A DNA stretch of 64,000 nucleotides, taken from Mytilus trossulus. Taxonomy: Eukaryota. Shown in pieces: positions 51,201 through 62,949 of the stretch (the first letter of the stretch is position 1; every line of letters begins with the position of its first letter). Location: assembly GCF_036588685.1 (NCBI RefSeq), contig NC_086379.1:36270001-36334000 (forward strand), given 5' to 3'. The translations under genes and the position numbers were made by a program. Under the pieces are notes generated by a model, which was given only the letters and a program-made list of their open reading frames with translations, had not been told where the DNA came from and did not search any database.

Positions 51201-54200
51201 AAGACAATATAGTTCATGATTTTTCTATAAACTCTTGTTTATATTTACTAACTATAAGTAAACTATATAAAATTTTGAAATCTTAAATGTAAAAATGCAA
51301 CAACACCATCTACACACTTTAGATTTAGCATCGTGCATTTTCCCATTTATATTAAGGACATAACAAGCAAAATTTCCTTTTTTATTCAAGAAAACATTAA
51401 TGTTGTAAAATTTTATTTATTTTATTCTCCCCGGGCGCTATTTTTTCTTTCCCGGGCGCTTTTTCTTTTCTCCGGGCGCTTTTTCTTTTCCCGGGCGCTC
51501 CCGGGCGCTTTTTAGTAGGACCGGAAAAACCTTCCCTTAATTTTCTCAAAAATTTACTTGTATAACATGTATAAGTAAATTTTTCTTACAATCCCACAAA
51601 AGTCCTCAAGTTTTGAGATGTTAATTTATGCTGTTAATAATTTTTCCCAGGTTTGCTCAATTTTTTTTATGAGAACTCAATGTTTCATCTCATTTATTCA
51701 ACAAAGAAACTGATTGTGCAAAGATCTTAAGTATTTTTGCAAGGCATTCAAAAATTGCTCCTTGGGGGGGGGGTTGTAAATGAGCAGTGTTCTGAAGATA
51801 ACAAACAAATGGTACATTGTATTTTCATTGTCCATGAAATTACACTTAAATGATAAGTAAAGACATCTGCAAAGGGCAGTTATCTATAATTTAAAATTCT
51901 ATTAGAGCAAAGAAATCATAAGAATTCAATAAAAGAAAATAAGATGACTTGGTTACTTCTACAAGTAAAAAAATCTGAATTTCTAAGGGACATAACTCAG
52001 CCAATATTTTTTGTTTACCTATACATGTAGATACAAGTTAATAAAATTCACTTGTATAAGTATCCAACAACAAATTTACTTATATAAGTATATTAATATT
52101 ACTTCTTCCAGTAATTAAACATAACTTGTACAAGTAGTACCCATGACTGACTATTCTGTTCAAAAAATCTGTAGTACTGGAAATCTACTATTTTGTTACT
52201 TAAGAATTGTTGTAATATTTAGGTACCTGTATTTTACAGTACTTGATTTGTACTAGAAATTTAAGTACTACAGATTTTTGGAGTTTGTCGTTTTCAAATC
52301 TCATAAAGTTATGATGTTTAAACATGGAATACTGTGATCATTGTTGGTATTGTTTTTGTACCAATATTTTAAGTACAAATCAAGTACTGGAATATACAAG
52401 TACCTAAAAATTACAATAATTCTAAAGTAAAGAAATAGTACTAAATATTAAAAGTAAATTTCCAGTACTACAGATTTTAAGTACAGAAAAAGTACCTATG
52501 CTAAAGTAGCTTTGTTACTATAGGAGATTTTGACTTATGAAAATACCATTTGGACAAGTCTTTTACAACTTACAATTACATCATTTTCTCTCATCTTTTT
52601 AGCCCATTCAGGGGCGGATCCAGAACCTTGATGTCTGGGGGGGGCACCATGAAACCAAAATTTTAGATTTTTTAGAGATGTATATACGGTATATGCGTGT
52701 GAGTGTTTTGTTTTTAGGTTGTTATTTTTTTTAGAAGGATCAGATCAGATCATCGTTTCTATATCTTTATATTTCTAGATCTTTTATTGTTTTTATTTAT
52801 TTCACTTTATACTTTCTTTCTGTCAATAGATCTTTATCATATTTGTCCTCAACATGCATCAAAGATTTGCCACTGGACGTCAAACAACATACAATCAATC
52901 AATATTTTCTACCATCACTTCTATATTTGTTTGACCTTGCTTCCAGACTTACTTTTTTGGTAAAATATTCTAATTTCTGTAAAACATCTTCATATCCTTA
53001 CAAATGGTGACCTTTTTTTAGCCTCGTACATGTACATGGCAATTGAAACAAGAAAAATAAACAAATATAACTAAATGCTCCACCATTAAAAAAAATGATT
53101 AAGTCCCAGATTCAGTTACAAAAGAAAATGTCAACTCATCATGTTTTCCTAGGCCGGTGGAAAAGGGGGGGGGGGGGGGGCAATTGTCGATTTCCCATGT
53201 AAAATAAGAGGGAGGGAAATAGGACATTCCATTTATAAATCAAACGTGTATGGTATTTTAAAATAATAAATGATTTGATTTATTGCTGAATAAATTCACA
53301 AAAAGACGGTTTTGAAGAGAGAAAAAACATAAATTCTAAATAAAATGGTATTGTGAGTACTGTATTTTGAACTGAAGAGAAACTAAGTACTATTAAAATA
53401 TAGATGTATACCAACATTAAACATATAATTTGTAGTGCAAAGCTCTCATTCCTTTCACGGATTTGGCTATACTTTTTGGACCTTTTGGATTATTGCTCCT
53501 CATCTTTTATATAAGCTTTGGGTTTTTAATATTTTGGCCACGAGCATCACTGAAGAGACATGTATTGTCGAAATGCGCATCTGGTGCAAGAAAATTGGTA
53601 CCGTTTATTTATTACTACCACTGGGTCGATGCCTCTGCTGGTGGACTATTAGTCCCCGAGGGTATCACCAGCCCAGTAGCCAGTACTTCGGTACTGGCAT
53701 GAAAATACGGATTTTTGTGTTATTAAAATTTGCTGTTACAAATATTAGAAATTATTATAAATTAAGGAATGTATCTCCCTCGTGCAAAGCTCTCATTCCT
53801 TTCACGGATTTGGCTATACTTTTTGGACCTTTTGGATTATTGCTCCTCATCTTTTATATAAGCTTTGGGTTTTTAATATTTTGGCCACGAGCATCACTGA
53901 AGAGACATGTATTGTCGAAATGCGCATCTGGTGCAAGAAAATTGGTACCGTTTATTTATTACTACCACTGGGTCGATGCCTCTGCTGGTGGACTATTAGT
54001 CCCTGAGGGTATCACCAGCCCAGTAGCCAGTACTTCGGTACTGGCATGAAAATACGGATTTTTGTGTTATTAAAATTTGCTATTACAAATATTAGAAATT
54101 ATTATAAATTAAGGAATGTATCTCCCTCGTGCAAAGCTCTCATTCCTTTCACGGATTTGGCTATACTTTTTGGACCTTTTAGATTATTGCTCCTCATCTT

Positions 54201-57200
54201 TTATATAAGCTTTGGGTTTTTAATATTTTGGCCACGAGCATCACTGAAGAGACATGTATTGTCGAAATGCGCATCTGGTGCAAGAAAATTGGTACCGTTT
54301 ATTTATTGTACCTATTCTTTAAAGGTACACAGATCAGGAGTTTCACCTGGTAATCGATCTTAATCTTTATTGTATAATTATAAACCAATAAAAATTCGTA
54401 CTATTCCAATCAACATGTATATGTATTTTCCATAATTTAAGCTTCCAAAGAGACATTAAAAACACACAAAAGTGTCAATATTTACACACCCATCAATAAG
54501 TTGTCATAAATCACGCATGTGGACGCTGGCATTAATTAACGACCAGTTTAAGAAGTCAAATCAAGCTGTGATTCATTTCCGCTCTAGATAAGAAGATTCA
54601 ATAGCAATAAAATTATGTTAGAAATTATTTTTTTTGTGACCTGAAATGGGGGGGCACGTCCCCTCTGTGCCCCCCGGTAAATTCGCCACTGCCATTGAAA
54701 AGTAGTGAAAATAAGAAAGTGGAGTTTGACAAAAATATGAGAAACAATTGATAAATACAATATTATTAATTTTCAATCAATTGATTCGATTTTTTCCTTT
54801 AAACTAAAACTGAAATATTTATGAATATGAATATTTCAATAACTATGTTGCAAAAGTAGAAACATTTACAGTTAAACAGTCAATAATTCAGTCTGAAAAA
54901 TACTTGTAGATTTGTGTCAATTTTTTTAACTTTAAACATTACTTGATTATCTATTTTCTTATCTGAATGAAGGCAGATGCTACTTTTAAAAATAACTGCT
55001 TTTAAATGTTTTTACTAGTATATGCATCATATTTAATGTTACATTTTATTGACTTAATGTTTTCAGATATTTGCATACTAATCTTTATTATCTTTCTTTT
55101 CACAGTAAAGCTAAGTTAATGTTGAGAAAGAAAAAGTTCCAGGAGTCATTACTGGAGAAGACTGATGGACAGTTAGATAACATAGACAGAATGGTATTAC
55201 TAATATTTATCTCAGAAATAACAAATGTATTTTATTTCAACATATTCAAGAGGCTGAGCTGCTATTTCTAATCATGTAATGCCAGAAAGGGGGTCTCATT
55301 GGGGGTTCCGATCCCGGATCACGCTTACTGTTTTGTCAGATTCCTGTATCCTGCTTACACTATGTACGTAAGCAATTCTCATTTTTTGTCATTTCCCGGG
55401 TCCCTCAAGACCTAATTTCCTTTTTTCACGCCACATTAATTTGACTTTCACGTGTCACGCTTACAAAAAATGGGCAAACTTGCGTCACGCTTAGACCCCA
55501 ATGAGACCCACCAGAAACAAATTTCAGATAACATGAAGTGCCATGAAATATATAAAAAACAACAAATGTGGTATGATTTTTAATGAGAGATTAATTATCC
55601 ATCAGAGTTCAAATGATATGGATGCAAGCTAGTCACTCTGAAGGACTTTTTTTTACTAAATTGTCAACTATCAAATAATTATATCTGTGGTAAATATGAT
55701 CTTGAATACTTTACACATTTTAAAAATGCAAAATTTTATTCCATATATTATGTCTTGATTTTGCTTACTATTCTTAATTAGTTTAAAAGCAGGTAAGAAT
55801 TGACAAATTCATGTATGTGTTGCATTTTACAGGTGACTGATTTAGAATTTGCTCAAGTTGAAAGCCAGGTTGTTCAAGGACTTAAAGTAGGCAATGAATC
55901 CCTGAAAAAATTACATCAGGTATGTATTAAATATACACTAGTACAAGTTTGTATGATGAATAATTCATAAGAACTTATAAATATAAAAATGGAAACTTAA
56001 GTTTGCAGTTTTAGTCTAGTATAATTCATTTGTAAGAAGAATACTTAACAACATAAATCCTATGTGACATATTGCTTCAAACCAACACACCAATGAGTAA
56101 AATCATGGATACTCAAACTGTATGAAAAAAAAAGTTTGCCAAAACCGGATATTGTAAGTGCTCTTGCAGTACAATAACATTATGTAATTTTGTTTAAGGA
56201 ATGACTGTAATATTTTTTCTGTCTATGAAGAAATAACATAATAATTTGGTGCACACTAAATAACGCACGTAGCGGGTTATTTAACAGTGTGCACCACATT
56301 TTTTATGTTATTTCGAATAGACAGAAAAATATTACAGTCATTTCTTAAAGTTTAATTCTAAATTCCATTTTCAACCATAGAAAACTATGAAAAAACGTTG
56401 ATGATGTTATGGTCACATGACTAAACTATGTCTATGGGCTCATAACAAAATAATGTCAGCCAATCAGAAGATGTGTTACAACCAAAATTAAATTACTTAC
56501 ACATGTATGGGACTAACAAATATATTTTTATTCAATGTCGAAAAAAAAAAAAAAAAATGGAGAAAAAATATCTTTTCTTGAAAAATAAAAGTTTATGATA
56601 CTATTAACATCATCATATTTTCTTGTAAATTTCTAGCCAATATTTGGTTGCACAGCTTAAATGCTATTGTTTGTCATTTGGGCTGAAATTAGGTATGCTG
56701 TATCTTAACATTTGACACTCATTACAGTGTTATACCTTTAACATTTATCATGTATATGTAACCATAAATATACTATGTCATCACAAATATACCATGTCAT
56801 CACAAAAATACAATGTCATCACAAATAAAATGTAATCCCAAAAATACTATGTCATTGTAAATATTTTACCAGGTAATCACAGAAATACATTGTCATTGCA
56901 AATATTTGTCCATGTCATCACAAAAATACTATGTCATTGTAAATATTTTACCATGTAATCACAGAAATACTATGTCATTGCAAATATATCATGTCATCAT
57001 AAAAATACTATGTCATTGTAAATATTTTACCATGTAATCACAGAAATACTATCAATAATGATTTTTTTTAGCTGCTGTCACTAGAAGATGTTGAAAAGAT
57101 AATGGATGAAACCAGAGAAGGAATAGAATACCAACAGGTGAGTTCTGTTTATAGTATAGATGGGATAATAATATAAGGTTTTGGGGATTCATATGTATTT

Positions 57201-58844
57201 TAAGGTTGTACACGAAAGAAGAAAAATTGCTAGCACATTTATATGTCAATTTTAAGACAGTTTAAAGATTTTTTTTGTAGTTTTAAACATTAATCTAAAT
57301 AATTTTATTCCAATTCTAGTTGCAACAATAGGAAAAAAAAATTCCCAAATTTCAGTTTATTTCTTTCAATTTAGTTGTTGTATTTTCCATTATTTTTTAA
57401 ATAGAAGGAAAAGTAAATGTTTTTTGATAGCAGTGTATTTTCTAATCGTTTCAGGAAATAGATGATCTATTATCAGGAGGACTTTCAGCTCAAGATGAAG
57501 ATGATGTGTTAGCAGAACTTGACGCTATTGTACAGGTAACATTTGGAATTCATATTAAAGACGCCCAAAAAACAATTTGATTATTGATTAACAAATATTT
57601 GGTCAAACTTACATCATGAAATGCCTTGAGTCAACAGTAAATAATCATAGCCAAAATGTCATCTCCTTTTAAAACAAAGTTCATATGAGAAAAGATGTGC
57701 AAATAATGAAGGGTTGAGATTTGCTAATTTATTTTGTTTTAAAGAATATTGTCATATTAAAGCAGAAAAACAACTAATACCATACAAAATTATGATGAAA
57801 CAGCCGATAATTAATAAATGCATTCTAACCATCTGTGAATGAATTTCTTGAGTTGTAAATCAACTTTTTCACACTGATTTCAAGAATATGTCTCCTTTTT
57901 TTCAGGCTGAAGTAACAGATGAACTACCTGATGTACCAGACGATGAACTTCCTGAAGAGAAAAGGAAAGGTAAAAAAATGAATATAGTTGTAGCCAAGGA
58001 TCCAGAAATATTTTCACCTAATTTCGGTCATTTTCATATAACTTAAAAGTTGGTGCCCCTTACTCGTAGCATCAAAGAACTTGTTTCACTGTTGCATCAC
58101 ATTTACTTCATTATTTATCCTACCATTTGACTAAAATCGACCAAGAACAATTAAGGGAAGGCAACAGTTTAGAAATAAAATGATTTTAAAGACTCAAAAC
58201 AAAAATATGTTCAAAATGGTGATTTCGAAACTCGATCTCAACGAAATGACCAAAATTTTTTCTGTTGAAAAATAAAATTTGACCTAAATCCCAAGAACAC
58301 GTTTAGGACAAAAATACTTTCAGTTTAGGACAAGACTGGCAAATATGACTGTTTCCTGACCATTGGTTGTAGTCAATTTTTTCATGTTGATATGTTACAT
58401 GAAAATCTTTTCAATCCTTCTCCTGGTCAAGTGAGTGGCAATTCACTGTCAGAAAAAAAAAATTGTTGAAAATTTTGCTTTGTAAATGGCAAAAACCCTG
58501 CTGTTTGAATAGATTTTTGTTTTAGTCCCAGTAGAATTTAGTATACATGGGAGATAATTTGTTGCGTTTTACATTACTTGCCTGTCAATGCGGTTTGGTC
58601 ATGGTATCAGTAAAAAAACGAATACCCTATAGGAAAATAATAAGAAAGGAGATGTGGTGTAAATGCCAGTGTGACAACTATCCACTTGAGACAAAAGAAC
58701 ATTTAATAATATAGAATGTATAATATACAATAAATAAAATAAAATTGAGAATGGAAGTAAAGAAAGACTGTTTTAATATACTACTCATATTTTGTAGACA
58801 AAGCCAGGAAAGAGAAAAGACAAGCAGAAGCCCTTGCATCATGA
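45201..58844 (+). CDS. CHMP6: Charged multivesicular body protein 6 (ESCRT-III, Vps20; 8 exons, 206 aa)
   Basis: Exons 45201-45278, 45951-46060, 55106-55193, 55833-55919, 57072-57137, 57455-57535, 57906-57969, 58798-58844 (621 nt). Myristoylation-type N-terminus MGGLFS, SRVTEQDKAVLQLKQQRDKLKQYQKK, LEFAQVE..V.QGLKVGNE, MDETREGIEYQQEIDDLL, and MIM2-like LPDVP. Confidence 0.96.
45633..45845. repeat. Tandem double hairpin (duplicated palindromic MITE) in CHMP6 intron 1
   Basis: Two copies of CAATATGGGGTTTA.TATCCATAC ... GTATGG.TAGTAAACCCCATATTG, bounded by CACAGGCACTT / AAGTGCCTGTG. Confidence 0.7.
46294..51523 (-). mobile_element. Intact, putatively autonomous Mutator-like (MULE/MuDR) DNA transposon in CHMP6 intron 2
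   Basis: TIRs GGTCCTACTAAAA (46295) and TTTTAGTAGGACC (ends 51522), extended by arrays of GCGCCCGGG (6 left, 5 inverted right). The 8-bp direct repeat GAAAAACC flanks it at 46286-46293 and 51524-51531. It contains an uninterrupted spliced transposase gene. Confidence 0.93.
47142..51056 (-). CDS. PHD finger + vertnin-like OTU protease + MULE DDE transposase fusion (3 exons, 977 aa)
   Basis: Exons 51056-50778, 50358-50196, 49633-47142 (2934 nt, GT-AG, phases 0 and 1). PHD CGIC..ICCDNCDTWYHLRC..CKGC. OTU-like DGSCLFSSAS ... NHFVPL. MULE catalytic motifs GVDRTFN, FGSDEE, CTRH (CxxH) and NSCESMN. Basic NLS-like tail KPNQKKRIRS. Confidence 0.9.
53544..53587 (+). ncRNA. Hammerhead ribozyme (type I, minimal), copy 1
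   Basis: GCATCA-CTGAAGA-GACA tgtat TGTC-GAAA-TGCGCA-TC/TGGTGC. Palindromic stem III ATGCGCAT; predicted cleavage after AUC at 53581. Confidence 0.9.
53891..53934 (+). ncRNA. Hammerhead ribozyme, copy 2
   Basis: Identical to copy 1, offset +347; predicted cleavage after 53928. Confidence 0.9.
54238..54281 (+). ncRNA. Hammerhead ribozyme, copy 3
   Basis: Identical to copy 1, offset +694; predicted cleavage after 54275. Confidence 0.9.
55289..55511. mobile_element. MITE with GGGTCTCATTGGGG TIRs
   Basis: Flanked by the direct repeat CAGAAA / CCAGAAA. Confidence 0.65.
56197..56495. mobile_element. Hairpin-plus-tail element (tentatively Crypton-like, non-autonomous)
   Basis: About 70-bp arms around ACGCACGTAGCG, followed by a tail with GTCACATGAC and CCAATCA. 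Same architecture at 20448-20860 and 20880-21155. Confidence 0.45.
56762..57053. repeat. Degenerate 20-23-bp tandem repeat abutting the CHMP6 exon 5 acceptor
   Basis: Repeated AAATACTATGTCATCAC / GTCATTGTAAAT units. Confidence 0.75.
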
Positions 58845-59346
58845 CACATGGACAATGATAGTGTATTTTCTTTTAAACTATTACCTATATAAACAAAAAC
58901 TATAGAATGAAACGAAAGATGACTTGTAGTCGCACTGAAAATTAAAATTACAGCACTAAAGGATATTTTTCCAAGTGCTCTTGAAAATGCATAATCAAAG
59001 ACTTATTTAACCATTTTCATTTGATAATTTGGTGTAAAGGTTTGTCTTTATAACCTGAAACATAAAGTTTCATAAAAAAACTTGTTTTCGCTTTATGGTA
59101 TTTATTACATGTAGAAAACAATATGTTAAGAGTTTTGTCTTTTTATTTATCAGAAAAACCTATATATGAATTGATTTATTTGTTTGTAAATTATGTGAGT
59201 TGCATGTTATATATAAACTTCAAATAATATATTTAACTTAAGAATTTTTATAAAAAAGAAATTAAATAAACTGAATTATTTACTATTGTAAAGTTAGGCG
59301 GATTATCTCCCTTTATATTTTTAAAATAACAGATTTTTCCCTTTAA

Positions 59347-59909
59347 GGGGGCTCGCGGGTCTAAATCATTTTTTTTATTTAATATAAGATTTCGCTATTT
59401 TTTTCTATAAATGAACTTTATCTTATACCTAATAGAAAAATGAAATAAAAAAGAGGGGTCACCGATCATTTACGCTCACAATCTGCCTTCGAAAGAAACA
59501 TACATTTTTGTAAATGTCCTTTTTTTCTGTTGAACTAATAGGAGAAAAAGAGGTATTATCGAAATAAAAAAAGAACCTAATTACAGAAATCGCTTAAATT
59601 TTACAATTATTTAGTTTATGTATAGCTTATTTGAAAACAACAATAAAAAATATAGGTCACCGATGAGTAAAAAAAGATATTTCAATTTTAATGCCAAAAA
59701 ATAGCATTTTTGCACCAAAGGGAGATAATTTCGAGCTTTTTCAATGATACTTACATTTAAAAAGTCAGGTGGGGCCAACACGAATTGATTTTTTGGAATG
59801 ATTTTTGTGCCATATGATAAAGTAACAACTACTTAAGGTAATTTATAGAATTTGTAATGAAAATTAAATGTTTAATTTTTTTCTAAAAATCTTATACCCG
59901 CGAGCCTCC
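59347..59909. mobile_element. TTAA-site MITE (Kolobok-type) downstream of CHMP6
   Basis: TTAA|GGGGGCTCGCGGGT ... ACCCGCGAGCCTCC|TTAA. Confidence 0.8.
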
Positions 59910-60606
59910 TTAAATCCTTTAAAATATTTCTTATCAAGATAGGATATTCCATAATGAAGCAAGAATAGCATGAAACAATCAATAAATGGTTCCATATGTT
60001 TGAAATAAACATTTTGTTATTAAAAAGACTGTCATGCAAGAGGAATTGCTATTAATCATTTTCCATATGCGTTATATTCAAGGAAATAACATAATATAAG
60101 AATATAAGTTCAAAGATAATGAGTCTGTATAAGAGGCTGAATAATTTGAAAAAGCTATAAAAATGGGAGATAATTCTAAAAAAAAAAGATTCTACTTTAT
60201 GATACTATTATTACAATAAGTTCATTTTATCTATGTTATTAACATACATTATAACTAACACCATATGTTTTCTTGTCTTCATCATAATGTACTGTTATGA
60301 ATGTAGATATTGTTACAGTTTACATGAATGAGTAAGTTTCTTATATTTTCTAATACATGTTGGCATTTTAGTGGTAATCTTACATATATACATCTTATTA
60401 AAATGTATTTTTTAATTGTATACTTTTTTATTATGAAAACTTCACATAACTTCCAAGACAAAATATGTTGGAATTGTCAGATTCTGTTTGTTTGATTGTT
60501 GTCCGCAATCTCTAATTTAGTGGGCTTTTATGTTGTGTATATTTTCTTTGAGTAATTTTTTTAAAATAGATATATTTTGGCATAGTTTTGAAATCCGATG
60601 CATCAC

Positions 60607-61704
60607 CTTATTGGTCATATCACTCTATTAACTTATTGGCCATATCACTCTATTTACTTATTCGTCATATCACTCTATTAACTTATTGGTCATATCACTC
60701 TATTAACTTATTGGTCATATCACTCTATTAACTTATTGGTCATATCACTCTATTAACTTATTGGTCATATCACTCTATTAACTTATTGGTCATATCACTC
60801 TATTAACTTATTGGTCATATCACTCTATTAACTTATTGGTCATATCACTCTATTAACTTATGGGTCATATCACTCTATTAACTTATGGGTCATATCACTC
60901 TATTAACTTATGGGTCATATCACTCTATTAACTTATTGGCCATATCACTCTATTAACTTATGGGTCATATCACTCTATTAACTTATGGGTCATATCACTC
61001 TATTAACTTATGGGTCATATCACTCTATTAACTTATGGGTCATATCACTCTATTAACTTATGGGTCATATCACTCTATTAACTTATGGGTCATATCACTC
61101 TATTAACTTATTGGCCATATCACTCTATTAACTTATTGGCCATATCACTCTATTAACTTATTGGTCGTATCACTCTATTAACTTATTGGTCATATCACTC
61201 TATTAACTTATTGGTCATATCACTCTATTAACTAATTGGCCATATCACTCTATTAACTTATTGGTCATATCACTCTATTAACTTATTGGCCATATCACTC
61301 TATTAACTTATTGGCCATATCACTCTATTAACTTATTGGTCATATCACTCTATTAACTTATTGGTCATATCACTCTATTAACTTATTGGTCATATCACTC
61401 TATTAACTTATTGGTCATATCACTCTATTAACTTATTGGTCATATCACTCTATTAACTAATTGGCCATATCACTCTATTAACTTATTGGCCATATCACTC
61501 TATTAACTTATTGGTCATATCACTCTATTAACTTATTGGTCATATCACTCTATTAACTTATTGGTCATATCACTCTATTAACTTATTGGTCATATCACTC
61601 TATTAACTTATTGGTCATATCACTCTATTAACTTATTGGTCATATCACTCTATTAACTTATTGGTCATATCACTCTATTAACTAATTGGCCATATCACTC
61701 TATT
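60607..61704. repeat. 25-bp minisatellite, about 44 copies
   Basis: Unit TTGGTCATATCACTCTATTAACTTA with variants TGGGTC, TTGGCC and CTAA. No spacers. Confidence 0.95.
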
Positions 61705-62949
61705 CTTTGTTGAAAATCTCACACAACATCAAAGCAGTTTGGTACTTATAGAAAGGTGATCGGACAATTATCCATCATATTTTGTAACTATGAAAATCTG
61801 ATCTTACTAGTTTGCTATTTGATATATGAAAGCATATCGGTGTTAAATCAATGTAAACTGTTTCATTCTTTAACAAATCACAAGCTGAACTAGGGAATGT
61901 CTTTCACTTGCAGTAAGGTGACAATTTTTATTTGGTCCATGCTGAAAGCCTCACTGTGACTTAGAGTTGAAGGACAGCTATAAAAGCTCTGTGCCTTTCC
62001 TTTTGTGTGAATTTTTTATGTGCATGTACTGATTTTGTGACATGGTTGGGTACCCCATACACTTTGTTTACAAACTTGTTCTCAGTGTCTTTGCAATAAA
62101 GTGCAGTCAACAAAACTTGTCATCACCATCTATAAAGAAGAACCAGACTTCCTTAAAAATGAGAAGATGTAGTATAATTGCCTATGAGACAACTCTCTAC
62201 AAGAAACCAAATGACACAAAAATTTACAGCTATAGGTCAAAATACGGCCTTCAGCAATGAGCAAAGAGCAAAGCTCATACCACATAATCAGCTATAAAAG
62301 ACCCTGATATGAAAAATGTACAACAATTCAAATTAGAAAAATAATGATCTAGTTTATGTACAATATGATAAACAAAAAAACAAATATGTCGCACAGCAAC
62401 AAATGACAATCACTAAATTACAAGCTGACTTGGGACAGACACATGCAAAAGATATGGCATACTTAACCTTAATTTAAAGGCCCACTAATATGTGACAGTG
62501 TGGTAACAGTACAACATTAGAATAATGCACTTTTTATTATTCGTAATATATGTGTATAAGAAAGGCAAATGACAGTGACATAATAAAATTATATTTCTGT
62601 GTGATTCTAACATAATTTTACTTTGAATGCTTGTAAAAACAATATATCGACATCAAAAGAAGCCCATTTCCTGTCCTTATTTATCATGTTTATGTGATTT
62701 GACATGTTTAGTCCCTCATTAACTAAACAACAAAAAATGAGTGAAATAAATAAGAAAAATATAGTTAAGTAAACACTCCAATTTGTGTTAATTTTAATTA
62801 ATGTATGTGTGAATAAATTTTAATTATTCTTGTCACTGTCTTTGGACTTAATTGCATTCTGTACATCTTTATAATCCTTTCATATTAAATGTAGAAAAGG
62901 TGCATTTACTTATATCTACAGCATCTCTAATCACATATCACTTTTTTCA

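Larger units (their letters stand above)
53435..54307 (+). mobile_element. Non-LTR retrozyme: 2.5 tandem copies of a 347-bp unit, each with a minimal type I hammerhead ribozyme
   Basis: Unit starts at 53435, 53782 and 54129 (period 347). I found only 3 substitutions among copies. Each unit has a complete hammerhead core. Confidence 0.9.
52609..54691. mobile_element. hAT-like non-autonomous element (CAG..CTG ends, 5-bp TSD) that contains the retrozyme array
   Basis: CCATT|CAGGGGCGGATCCA ... TAAATTCGCCACTG|CCATT, with subterminal GGGGGGGCAC boxes. Confidence 0.65.

Noticed and set aside
60607-61704. CRISPR-like regular repeat
   Set aside because: Units are contiguous with no unique spacers, the context is eukaryotic and there are no cas genes. 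It is a minisatellite.
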